Source of the DNA: Octopus bimaculoides
Lineage: Eukaryota
NCBI RefSeq assembly: GCF_001194135.2
Contig: NC_068991.1
Location: forward strand, 53,780,992 to 53,842,314
DNA: 61,323 nt
Reading direction: 5' to 3'
Shown: positions 36,554 through 48,241 of the stretch, piece after piece
Numbering within the stretch: position 1 is the first letter of the stretch
How the letters are laid out: each line of letters begins with the position of its first letter
Notes under the pieces: generated by a model
Seen by the model: the letters and a program-made list of their open reading frames with translations, nothing else
What the model was told of the DNA's origin: nothing
The model's database searches: none
Made by a program: the position numbers and the translations under genes

Positions 36554-38085
36554 AGAAGGAGGGGAGGTGGTGATTTCATCAACAACAGTTCTTGACTAGA
36601 ATTTTATTGGCCCTTCCTCCCACCTCTATAAAGAACGATGAAANNNNNNNNNNNNNNNNNNNNNNNNNNNNNNNNNNNNNNNNNNNNNNNNNNNNNNNNN
36701 NNNNNNNNNNNNNNNNNNNNNNNNNNNNNNNNNNNNNNNNNNNNNNNNNNNNNNNNNNNNNNNNNNNNNNNNNNNNNNNNNNNNNNNNNNNNNNNNNNNN
36801 NNNNNNNNNNNNNNNNNNNNNNNNNNNNNNNNNNNNNNNNNNNNNNNNNNNNNNNNNNNNNNNNNNNNNNNNNNNNNNNNNNNNNNNNNNNNNNNNNNNN
36901 NNNNNNNNNNNNNNNNNNNNNNNNNNNNNNNNNNNNNNNNNNNNNNNNNNNNNNNNNNNNNNNNNNNNNNNNNNNNNNNNNNNNNNNNNNNNNNNNNNNN
37001 NNNNNNNNNNNNNNNNNNNNNNNNNNNNNNNNNNNNNNNNNNNNNNNNNNNNNNNNNNNNNNNNNNNNNNNNNNNNNNNNNNNNNNNNNNNNNNNNNNNN
37101 NNNNNNNNNNNNNNNNNNNNNNNNNNNNNNNNNNNNNNNNNNNNNNNNNNNNNNNNNNNNNNNNNNNNNNNNNNNNNNNNNNNNNNNNNNNNNNNNNNNN
37201 NNNNNNNNNNNNNNNNNNNNNNNNNNNNNNNNNNNNNNNNNNNNNNNNNNNNNNNNNNNNNNNNNNNNNNNNNNNNNNNNNNNNNNNNNNNNNNNNNNNN
37301 NNNNNNNNNNNNNNNNNNNNNNNNNNNNNNNNNNNNNNNNNNNNNNNNNNNNNNNNNNNNNNNNNNNNNNNNNNNNNNNNNNNNNNNNNNNNNNNNNNNN
37401 NNNNNNNNNNNNNNNNNNNNNNNNNNNNNNNNNNNNNNNNNNNNNNNNNNNNNNNNNNNNNNNNNNNNNNNNNNNNNNNNNNNNNNNNNNNNNNNNNNNN
37501 NNNNNNNNNNNNNNNNNNNNNNNNNNNNNNNNNNNNNNNNNNNNNNNNNNNNNNNNNNNNNNNNNNNNNNNNNNNNNNNNNNNNNNNNNNNNNNNNNNNN
37601 NNNNNNNNNNNNNNNNNNNNNNNNATATATAATGTCATTATGAACAATGAGGAATGCTCTATGTGGTCGCTTGATCTACTAACAGTAGAAACTAAATCTT
37701 TCTTGTCTAACACCCTAACATCTTGAAACAAACAAAAAAAAAAAAAAGAAAAAGCAAGGACACATTTGATGACGTAGTACGTGTTATTATTTTGTCTGAG
37801 AAAGAAGAAAGACTAGATGGTATAATCCCAGCTGGGATGTCTTTGATCATTCGTCTGCTCCTGCAGGGCTGACACAGGGCCTAATCAATAACCACATCTA
37901 ACATTATTATATCGATCGAAGGTCAGTGCTAAAGACACCATGTAAACGCTTAATTCGATTGTCCTATCTTGTACTGCAAGTTGTGCTGAAGTAGAATTGA
38001 CTGGGTTTATTCAATACCAAAAATAGCTTCATCTTATTGAATATGTGACGCTAAGATATGGTTCTCTCTAACTCCCGTTATGCAG

Positions 38086-38245
38086 AGAGCAAGCTATATC
38101 ATATCATTAAGTAACACCAACAGCAATGATATTGATATGCACTATAACTGTGCTAGAACCGTAATTGCAGCATTGTATCATTTTAGCGAGTACAACACCG
38201 AAGTTAGATCAATGACTATGGAAAGAAAAATACTAACAAAGTTAG
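38086..38245 (+). CDS. Candidate exon (RASYIISLSNTNSNDIDMHYNCARTVIAALYHFSEYNTEVRSMTMERKILTKL)
   Basis: Branch-point-like CTAAC, acceptor CCCGTTATGCAG, donor TAG|GTAAAA, 53 open codons in AT-rich DNA; phase 0 to 1. Confidence 0.6.
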
Positions 38246-38512
38246 GTAAAATGCCAAAAGTTCCAGTAGAGAGATATGGGTCTGTATGGGAGTAATTATT
38301 GAGTGAGGAAGAGAGGGCAGTAGGCTTGCAGTAATGATTTGCTGTGGTTTTTCTCTTTTACAACATTTAGTTTTGATTCTTTACGTTCTCAGTTCAAATT
38401 TGCTGATGGCTAGCTTATTTTTTATTCTGAGATAAAATGAGCAACACTAATATATTTGGTTGTTAGATAAATTCATTCGTCTTTTTTTTTTTTTGTTCCT
38501 ACATGGCGCTCC

Positions 38513-38881
38513 TCAATGGCCCAGTGGTTAGGGCAGCGGACTCGCGGTCATAGGATCGCAGTTTCGGGCGTTGTGAGTGTTTATTGAGCGAAAACACCTA
38601 AAGCTCCACGAGGTCCCGACAGGGGATGGTGGCGAATCCTGCTGTACTCTTTCACCACAACTTTCTCTCACTCTTTCTTCCTGTTTCTGTTGTACCTGTA
38701 TTTCAAAGGGCCAACCTTGTCACACTGTGTCACGCTGAATATCCCCGAGAACTACGTTAAGAGTACACATGTCTGTGGAGTGCTCAGCCACTTGCACGTT
38801 AATTTCACGAGCAGGCTGTTCCGTTGATCGGATCAACTGGAACCCTCGACGTCGTAAGTGACGGGGTGCCAACAGCAAACA
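38513..38881 (+). mobile_element. SINE family C with 12-bp TSD
   Basis: Flanked by ACATGGCGCTCC at 38501-38512 and 38882-38893; short deletion in the B-box region. Confidence 0.9.
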
Positions 38882-40369
38882 ACATGGCGCTCCATTGTCA
38901 TATGTCTGGAAAAAGGCAAAATTTATTAAAATTTAAAAAAAAAATGATTAGCGAAAGTAGTAGAAGAACAGAGTTACATATACATAAAACACTATGATAA
39001 AAATGATTTTTTTTGTGTTAATTTAAATGACATTGGAAAGAACTAAAATAAATAGTAGGGGAAGGACGAATATATCTGACAACCTTATACTAAGTTGAAT
39101 TTAGCATATTTAATTTAGTGAGTAAAAATCTTGTAATGAAAGTAATAAAAATAGAAATTCATTAGCGTTAATGATAATTTTCTTGCTAAGAGTGGCAAAG
39201 GAGAGAACTTCGAAATTTAAACAGAAAAACAATTCAAAAGAAAAAAAAATATGGAGTGAGTCCGACATTTTAATAATTACGATAAATGTATGTTAATTAA
39301 TGTAAACATGTAATTACTAGAACTTTACTGTAACATACCGAAGATCAGGCTAACTCCCAAGTGTATCTATCTATTTAATTTTTAATCAATTCATATTTTA
39401 GAATTTTCTCCCTTGGCTCCCTTAACAACAAATGTCATTAACGCGAATGAGTTTCCTTCTCATTACTGGCTTGATTGATTGAACATTCTCTTAAATTCGC
39501 TACATTAAGTATACCATACTGCGCTTAACAATATGTTCTTCATGCAGAGGTCACCCCTGGAAAATTGCCCAATGCCTGTAATATAGTAAAATTGATTTGA
39601 TTGACTACATGCACTTTTTCCTAAATGGAAAGCATCTGTTGTTGTTATTGTAGATGTTATTGTTGTATAGCTCCATCTCAGCTCTGATCGGGCTGAGCTA
39701 AAAGATAGCAAAGCTATTGGCCGAATGACCAGAGGCGACCCACATAATTGCTTGTTGAGGATTCCACACTTAAAAGCTTCTGTGAACCGAACTTATGCCA
39801 TTCGACCGGCGTTCAAATCGTGACCAACTTACTTACTCTTCTTACATAATTCACAAATCTAATATTCGAAACATCGGTGTTTGATATTATGTTCAAACTT
39901 ATATTATCGAAGACACCCATCTGTTTTTTAAGATAGTAGAGTAACACTTGAAGGGAGTTTAGCTACTTATTACAACAGTTTCAGTAATCACAGTGAAACG
40001 TTTTATCGAAATTAATTATAGAAATTAGAGACAAAGTACATCGATATAAGTTCTAATTACTACAGAGGTTCTTTTCGACAAGTTAGCTTAAGTATTTATT
40101 AGGGGATTTCGGATGAAGAAGAACGGAATGGCTACTGATCTGTTGACTGAGAAACTGGAATTAGCAAGACAGATTAAACGGAAGTAAATTGAAAAATTGT
40201 GAAATAGAGAAAAGAATTAAGAGAATCAAATTTATCGATACTGATGCGAGGTTATAATATATATGGATAACGTCTATTATTTAAAACAAACTCTCTGTAA
40301 TTGAAGATGATGTTGGCCAAGGAAAACTTGTAATCGCAGATTAGCACCTATACTAAAAGTCTTTTAGAT

Positions 40370-40570
40370 TGTTGTCGTTGATAAGCCCTTCGCCTCCTGC
40401 AGAGCATTAGTTATCTACGATTTCTTTTCCTGTTCCCGATTCCGGGTGGTCTTTTCTGCTTCTCTCCAGTTGAATCCCTGCTTTTTCAGCTCTGTGCAGC
40501 TTCCATTCGGATTTTGCTGCGCCATGTCTCTCCAAGCAATCTTCTGGCTCATGTCCCTTCTATCACAATG
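40370..40570 (-). mobile_element. RTE LINE 3' end relic
   Basis: Reverse strand reads ETWR...GFNWREAEKTTRNR...NAL, the TWRRT...W.EAE..A.NR..W...V.AL pattern. Confidence 0.55.
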
Positions 40571-40994
40571 TGTGTAAGTGTGCGTTTATGTTTGTGTATA
40601 CCAGAGGAAACTGGTTTGTCAAGTTGCGTCCGTTTCTTTTATTAAGGTAACATAGCAATTCGATAAATAGGAGTCGATAAAATAAGTACTCGGTTAAATT
40701 AAAGACTAAGATAGACATAATTAACTAAAATCATTTAAAGGTGTTGCCCCGACATAGCTGTAATTCAATGACTGAAATCAGACAAAGACTGTGAAGATTT
40801 CTAATTGGTCGACCAGAAAGTACGATGAAACATATCTGATCAAGTACCATACCATGGGGTTGAACCTGGAATCACGTGGCTGTGAAAAGTAGTTCTTTCT
40901 TAACCACACTGTAGTGTCTGAAGAATAGAACAGTAGTGATGATGATGATGATGAGGTCGATGGTGATGCTGCTACTGAACTCTGCATATATGTA

Positions 40995-41050
<56 letters not shown>

Positions 41051-41104
41051 GTATGTATATGCGTGCATACGTGTGTGTGTGTGTGTGTGTGCATGTGTGT
41101 GTGC

Positions 41105-41545
41105 GTGTGTGTGTGTGTGTTTGTGCCTGTGTTTACCTCCCCAGCGCTTGACAACCGGTGTTAGTGTGTTTACGTTCCCGTAACTTAGCTGTTCGGCAAG
41201 AGTGACCGGTAGAATAAGTATCAAGCTTAAAACCAAAAAGAAAGAAAGAAGTACCGGGGTTGATTCGTTCGACTAAAGTTTTCTAATGACTGAAATACGT
41301 AAAAGATAAAAGAATAAGATAATGTATCAATGAATACATTATTCATAATATATACTAATCATAATATATTTTAATGTATCCTATAGGAGGCGTGGCTGTG
41401 TGGTTAGAAGCTTGCTTCCCAGCCACATGGCTCCGAGTTCTCTCCCAGAGCATAGCACTTTGGGCAAGTGTTTTCTACTATATTATCGGGCCAACCAAAG
41501 CCATGTGAGTGGATTTGGTGGAAGAAAACTGAAAGAAGCCTGTCG

Positions 41546-41611
<66 letters not shown>

Positions 41612-41805
41612 TGTCACTCCAGCCATCGCTTGACAACCGATGCTAGTGTGTTCATGTCCCCGTAACTTAGCAGTTCAGTAAAAGAGACCGATAGAATAAG
41701 TACGACGCTTACAAAAAATAAGTCCTGGGATCGATTTCTTCGACTAAAAGACGGTGCTCCAGCTTGGTCACAGTCAAATGACTAAAACAAGTAAAAAAAT
41801 AAAAG
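41105..41805 (+). mobile_element. Two SINE family B copies (3' half about 41105-41320; full 41386-41805)
   Basis: Family B motifs in order. Confidence 0.85.
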
Positions 41806-42288
41806 AACACACACACATATATATATATATGCGTGCGTGTGTGTGTGCTTGTGTGTGTGCGTGTATATATATATATATATATATGGTATATATAATATAT
41901 CTTGTATAATATATAGATAACGTATTGTTACTGAATGCATTGTTTATAATATCGAGATTCGATGTTTAGCCCCAGGTCAAGGATGATCAAATAGAGCTAT
42001 AAAAATAAAAAAGTATTCTAGTCATTACCACTTAGTCACTAATGTATCCAGTGTGTTCTTTCCTGAACAAACGACGCCAGTGTACGATTTGAAGGAGATT
42101 CGGCATCTATTTCTAGCTGATAGATTGACCACGTGGAAACATCCTCGTTCTGATCTCGCTGGCAGTCATTATCTTTAGCTGATGTACTATCTATTTGCAT
42201 TCAGTGCTGACAGGTTTCCATGACAACGTATAATGAATGAAATAAAGAAGCGTCCGAGATTTTGGACCTTAATGTGTAGTTAATGGGT

Positions 42289-42491
42289 TTAATTTCATAC
42301 TTGTAATTAAATACAAGTATTTATAATCATACTCTATTTACATTCAGGTATGTATTTTCATATTTGTAATTACATACAGGTGATTACTATCATACCTGTA
42401 GTTATATAAAAGAAAGTTACTATCATACGTGTAGTAACATAAAGGTTTTTACAATCATACCTGTATTTATATGCAGACTGTTGCTATCATA
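42289..42491. repeat. Diverged minisatellite, about 32-bp unit, 6-7 copies
   Basis: Recurring TTACTATCATACCTGTA.TTA.ATA-like unit. Confidence 0.65.
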
Positions 42492-43092
42492 GGCGCAGGC
42501 GTGGCTGTGTGGTTAGTAGCTTGCTTATCAACCACATGGTTTCGGGTTCAGTCCCACTATAGTCTCGAACCGACCAAAGCCTTTTGAGTGAATTTTGTAG
42601 ACGAAAGCTGAAAGAAGCCCATCGTATGGGAAAAAGGTTCTCATGTGTGTGTGCGTGTGTGTTTGTGTATCTGTGCTTGTTCCCCCCCACCCCACTATCA
42701 CTTGACAACCGATGCTGGTGTGTTTACGTAACTTAGGGGTTGGGTAAAAGAGAACGATAGAATAAGTACTAGGCTTACAAAGAATGAGTCCTGGGATCGA
42801 TTTGTTGGACGAAAGGCGATGCTCCAGCATTGCCGCAGTCAAATGACTGGAAGAAATAAAAGAGTAACATATATATATGTGTGTGTATGCTTTTGTATCT
42901 GTGTTTGTCGCCCCACCATCACTTAGTATTTTTACGTACCCGTAACTTAACGGTTCGGCAAAATAGCCCGATAGAATAAGTACTAGACTTACAATGAATA
43001 GGCCCTGGGGTCGGGTTTTTTTCGACTAAACCCCTTTAAGGCAGTGCTCCAGCATGGCCACAGTTAAATGACTGAAACAAGTAAAAAGATAG
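42492..43092 (+). mobile_element. SINE family B (42492-42866, internal deletion in head) plus a second 3' half (about 42895-43092)
   Basis: GGCGCAGGCGTGGCTGTGTGGTTAG head; two tails ending AAATGACTG..A...AAAAGA. Confidence 0.85.
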
Positions 43093-43503
43093 AAAGGCAA
43101 ATGAATCATACATGATTCTTAGTTTTGAACATGTGTTAACCACCAAAGTCGGTAGCAAGATTCGAACCTGGCCCGGGATTTACAACCAAAAAACAAATAA
43201 TGTAATTATGGGTCATAAATGTAGTTAGAAAACATTGTCTTAAATAAAAGAAGGGAAAATAGAGACAAAAGTCGGCAGAGATGGAAACAACGAGGAGATA
43301 TGATTTAACATGACGTAATGCATACATACATACATACATGTATGCACATATATACATGTATGTATGGATGTATGCATGTATATATGTACGTATGTATGTG
43401 TGTATATATATATATATATACAATTGCAGCGTGGAAGGTGTTTATAAGCCATTTAAAATAACACACAAAATCCGTTAGATTCACTTCAACATTTAAATTT
43501 AAT

Positions 43504-43552
43504 TTGTCAAAATATTTTCGTCGCTTTGAGACCGCGACCTGTTCACTGACAA
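43504..43552 (-). ncRNA. Minimal hammerhead-ribozyme-like motif (G3:C8 variant) inside a short repeat of about 43401-43572
   Basis: Minus strand UUGUCA-GUGAACA-G-GUCGC(GGUCUCAAA)GCGAC-GAAA-AUAU-U-U-UGACAA: stem I 6 bp, stem II 5 bp, GAAA, palindromic AAUAUU stem III, NUH triplet UUU. Confidence 0.45.
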
Positions 43553-43890
43553 AATTCTGTGCTGCATCTGAGAAAGTAATAGTTAGTTCATGATATATAT
43601 GTCCACGTGTATGTATGTATGTATGTATGTATGTTCGTGTACATGTGTGCGCGTATGCATCTGTGTACATGCGTATGCATGTGTGCATGCCCATACACAT
43701 GTATATATATATATATATATATATAAATTAGGTATTAACAGTAACTGCACGATAAAGTGAAGTATATTGCCACTTAAATGTGGCTGACCCCTAAGGGTAG
43801 AAAAGAACCAAGGTTCATGAGCTCATCGATGAAAATCGACTGTCATGAATTTAATTGAGTTTTTACCTGTAAATTTGGATTTTTTATCCC

Positions 43891-43938
<48 letters not shown>

Positions 43939-44544
43939 NNNNNNNNNNNNNNNNNNNNNNNNNNNNNNNNNNNNNNNNNNNNNNNNNNNNNNNNNNNNNN
44001 NNNNNNNNNNNNNNNNNNNNNNNNNNNNNNNNNNNNNNNNNNNNNNNNNNNNNNNNNNNNNNNNNNNNNNNNNNNNNNNNNNNNNNNNNNNNNNNNNNNN
44101 NNNNNNNNNNNNNNNNNNNNNNNNNNNNNNNNNNNNNNNNNNNNNNNNNNNNNNNNNNNNNNNNNNNNNNNNNNNNNNNNNNNNNNNNNNNNNNNNNNNN
44201 NNNNNNNNNNNNNNNNNNNNNNNNNNNNNNNNNNNNNNNNNNNNNNNNNNNNNNNNNNNNNNNNNNNNNNNNNNNNNNNNNNNNNNNNNNNNNNNNNNNN
44301 NNNNNNNNNNNNNNNNNNNNNNNNNNNNNNNNNNNNNNNNNNNNNNNNNNNNNNNNNNNNNNNNNNNNNNNNNNNNNNNNNNNNNNNNNNNNNNNNNNNN
44401 NNNNNNNNNNNNNNNNNNNNNNNNNNNNNNNNNNNNNNNNNNNNNNNNNNNNNNNNNNNNNNNNNNNNNNNNNNNCACACACACACACACACACACACAC
44501 GCACAAACACAAACATACATATATGTGCTTGCGTGTGAGTGTGC

Positions 44545-44588
<44 letters not shown>

Positions 44589-44599
44589 CATATGCATAT

Positions 44600-45320
44600 G
44601 AGTGGGAAGTTTCGGAAACGGAAGGCGTTTGAAAGCAAGGGTTTGAAGGTAAACCTCGGGAAAACAAGGGTGATGGTGAGCGAGATGGAAGGGGAAGTGT
44701 TAGTGAGTAAGGTGGATCCCTGTGGCGTATGTGGGAGGAGGGTAATGGCAAACGCAGTGTTGTATACGAGATGTGAGAAATGGATTCATTGTAGATGTAC
44801 GAAAGTGAAGGTGACCCCAAGACTGGCGAGAGAGTTTGTTTATGGAAGACGCGAGAAAGGAGCTGGAGGGCTGGCGGAACCGGTGGAAACGCTACGTGAT
44901 GAGGTGGAAACGCTATGTGACCAGGTGGAAACGGTGAGAAGGTTTTGTTATTTGGGAGATAGGGTAGATGTAAAGCAGCTGTGACAGCAAGAGCGAGACT
45001 TGGATGTGTGAAGTTCAGGGAATGTGGAGCGTTGTTATATGGGAAAAGGTTCTCATTAAAGATGAACGGAAGGGTCTGTAATAAGAGTTGTGTGAGGGCT
45101 ACAATGCTGTATGGGAGTGAGACATGGTGTCCGAGGGGGGGGGAGAAAAATGGTAATTTTGAGAAGGACTGAGAGAGCAATGGTGAGAGAAATGTGTAGG
45201 TTGAAGCTGTTTGATAAGAGGTGGACTGAGGATTTGATGAGAATCTGGGGTTGGAGGAAGGGTGAATGGAGTGAGGTGGTATGGACATGTGTTGAGGACG
45301 GATGAGGAGCATGTTCTGAA
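44600..45320 (+). pseudogene. RTE-clade LINE reverse transcriptase 3' region, frameshifted, with Cys/His-rich insert
   Basis: GLKVNLGKTRVM...CGVCGRRVMANAVLYTRCEKWIHCRC...FCYLGD...ARARLG.VKFRE...VRATMLYGSETW...RTERAMVR.MC...RWYGHVLR. Confidence 0.9.
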
Positions 45321-45632
45321 AGCTAACAAACACTGCAGTTAGTGCTTCTCAAGGGTGTAAGTTACCCAAATATTCAAGATCCATCTGAAACGATGCTACA
45401 TAAATAACACATTCTTGAGACACAAATATTATCTTAAGCGAGTTTTTCAACCTCACTTCTAAAATATAGACTCAGATTGTGTAACTAAGAAGTTTGGTTC
45501 TCATCCACGTGGTTCCGGGTATCTTCTAACATTAACTCGGGTGAATGATTACGTTGACAGTAGAAAATAGTCAAAGAAACCTGCGCTGAAACCTGTCGTT
45601 TAGCGGGTGGGGCATGGGAGGACGGCTTTTTC
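45287..45632 (+). repeat. Left arm of 346-bp inverted duplication
   Basis: Reverse complement of 47495-47840 with four substitutions seen by eye; ends at an N gap. Confidence 0.92.
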
Positions 45633-46123
45633 NNNNNNNNNNNNNNNNNNNNNNNNNNNNNNNNNNNNNNNNNNNNNNNNNNNNNNNNNNNNNNNNNNNN
45701 NNNNNNNNNNNNNNNNNNNNNNNNNNNNNNNNNNNNNNNNNNNNNNNNNNNNNNNNNNNNNNNNNNNNNNNNNNNNNNNNNNNNNNNNNNNNNNNNNNNN
45801 NNNNNNNNNNNNNNNNNNNNNNNNNNNNNNNNNNNNNNNNNNNNNNNNNNNNNNNNNNNNNNNNNNNNNNNNNNNNNNNNNNNNNNNNNNNNNNNNNNAT
45901 ATATATATATATATATATAAGCATCTTCATATTCGTATACATATATATCTATGTGTGTATGTGTATATGCATGTGTATGTATATGAATGTATGTATATAT
46001 TTTATTGCATTCACTGAGTCAATAGACGCCCACGATGCACTATTTATATAAGTACGCGCACATACAGGCACACACATACATGCATACAGACACATGCGCG
46101 CGCGTATATATATATGTGGGTAT

Positions 46124-46184
<61 letters not shown>

Positions 46185-46194
46185 TGAATATGTG

Positions 46195-46390
46195 GAAAAC
46201 TCTTGCTTTGCAACCACGTGGTTTCAGGTTCAGTCTCACTGCGTGGCACTTTGGTCAAGTGTCTTCTACTATAGCCCCGGACCGACCAAAGTCTTGTGAG
46301 TGGACTTGGTAGAGGGAAAGTGTGTGGAAGCCTGTCGTGTATATGTAGGTATATACGTGTGTATGTGTGTGTGTCTGTGTGCATGTATGT

Positions 46391-46452
<62 letters not shown>

Positions 46453-46620
46453 GTGTGTATGTGTGTGTCTATATGTAAATAGAAAGAGTGATCTATGTAT
46501 GTATATGTATCTCTCTGTTTCTCGCTCCGCTGCTTGACAGTCATCGTAACCTGGCGGTTCGGCTAGAGCGAACGTTAGAATAAGTACCAGACTTCAAAAG
46601 AATTAATATTGGAGTTGATC
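46195..46620 (+). mobile_element. SINE family B, degenerate
   Basis: CTTGCTTTGCAACCACGTGGTTTCAGGTTCAGTCTCACTGCGTGGCAC...GAATAAGTACCAGAC. Confidence 0.75.
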
Positions 46621-46799
46621 TATTCGATAAAACCAGCTAAGCCATCAACACCCCCACCCCAACCCCAACACACCCGCTACCACCACCAACTCCACTATGG
46701 AAAAGGGTTTTAACATTATATTTCCTTTAAATATTGCATATGGATCATTAAATTTGTTTTCAGTGTTGTGTGTCCTTTATAAACATAAATATCTTTTGT

Positions 46800-46990
46800 T
46801 TTCATCTTTTGTCTTTTACTTGCTTTACTCATTGGACTGCGGCCTTACTGGCGTACTGTCTTGACGGGTGTAGTTGAACAAACCACCCCAAAACTTATTG
46901 ATTCTGGTACTTACATCGGGGTCTTTTGCCGAACCGCTAATTTACGGGTGTGTAAATAAATCAACTGCGGCTGTTAAGTGGTAGCGAGAA
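46800..46990 (-). mobile_element. SINE family B 3' half, degenerate
   Basis: TTTTACTTGCTTTACTCATTGGACTGCGGCC...TTTTGCCGAACCGCTAA. Confidence 0.65.
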
Positions 46991-47002
46991 CAATAACCAA
47001 CA

Positions 47003-47073
<71 letters not shown>

Positions 47074-47216
47074 TGTGTGTGTGTGAACAGATGAGATCCA
47101 CGGATAGAAAACAGTTGCACACAAGTGATTTGAAGTTACACTCGGAAATCTTACCGAGGACTAAGTCCGTTGGGTAAAGAACGGCTATAAGTGGAATCCA
47201 GTTGAGCAGATATGGA

Positions 47217-47292
47217 AATAATGATGCGGATAAACAAATAAAACCGCTTGCGTTATCCAATACGGTTTTGTTTGTTTATTTGCATCATTATT
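47217..47292 (+). other. 30-bp stem / 16-nt loop hairpin (pre-miRNA-like or tiny MITE)
   Basis: AATAATGATGCGGATAAACAAATAAAACCG pairs with CGGTTTTGTTTGTTTATTTGCATCATTATT at every position, three of them G-U. Confidence 0.8.
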
Positions 47293-48241
47293 GTCGTCAA
47301 CTTACGACCTATCCAACTTACGACCTATCCAACTTACGACCGATCGACTTTGTATGTATATGTATTTTATTGCATTTAATGAGTCAGTAGGTTCGTTGGT
47401 TACTTTATTCCAACAGATAAATCACTGCGAAAATGATAAGGGATTTTCTATACAATTCGGTACGGAACAAATGCCACATAAGGTCTTTTCATTCGAAAAA
47501 GCCGTCCTCCCATGCCCCACCCGCTAAACGACAGGTTTCAGCGCAGGTTTCTTTGACTATTTTCTACTGTCAACGTAATCATTCACCCGAGTTAATGTTA
47601 GAAGATACCCAGAACCACGTGGATGAAAACCAAACTTCTTAGTCACACAATCTGAGTCTATATTTTAGAAGTGAGGTTGAAAAACTCGCCTAAGATAATA
47701 TTTGTGTCTCAAGAATGTGTTATTTATGTAGCATCGTTTCAGATGGATCTTGAATATTTGGGTAACTTACACCCTTGAGAAGCACTAACTGCAGTGTTTG
47801 TTAGCTTTCAGAACATGCTCCTCATCCGTCCTCAACACATAGTTCAGTTGAAATCTTTAGGAATTAATTTCTTAGAAATGAACCCGTCTACGGATGATGC
47901 CAGCTAACAAACGCTTCCCCTAGGTTTGGTTATCGATCACCACTGTGGTTATCCTAAGTGTTGGATGACTATTCTGTCGCAGAATCATCGAGGCAACCTC
48001 GTATTTGTTTAAGACGATTCCTTGAGACTCCAAAATTTTTGACTAACGTCAGTATAATGGTATGATACAGAATGCTATGTGTGACTTTTACCTGAGTATG
48101 TACCTTAAGAAGGTAAAAATATGTACCTTAAGAAGGTAAAAAAAAAAAAAGCTATGTAGGTCTATAGGCCAACTTACCACTAAATCGACTTAGGACCAGT
48201 CAGTTCGGAACCAATTATGGTCGTAAGTCGACGACGACCTG
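47293..48241. mobile_element. Tigger/pogo-like MITE termini (left end eroded, right end followed by TA)
   Basis: Left GTCGTCAACTTACGACC plus tandem CAACTTACGACCTATC repeats; right GGTCGTAAGTCGACGACGACCTG|TA (reverse complement TA-CAGGTCGTCGTCGACTTACGACC). Confidence 0.55.
47495..47840 (-). repeat. Right arm of 346-bp inverted duplication
   Basis: Reverse complement of 45287-45632. Confidence 0.92.

Noticed and set aside
39505-39810. Long open frames on both strands in unique DNA
   Set aside because: No consistent acceptor/donor pair in a phase fitting the neighbouring exons, and no recognisable motif.
42289-42491. CRISPR-like periodicity (also 47297-47342 and 54333-54440)
   Set aside because: Contiguous tandem units without unique spacers, in eukaryotic context, with no cas genes.
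43843-45333. 496-aa minus-strand ORF
   Set aside because: Antisense of the RTE relic joined to microsatellites and a 537-N gap.
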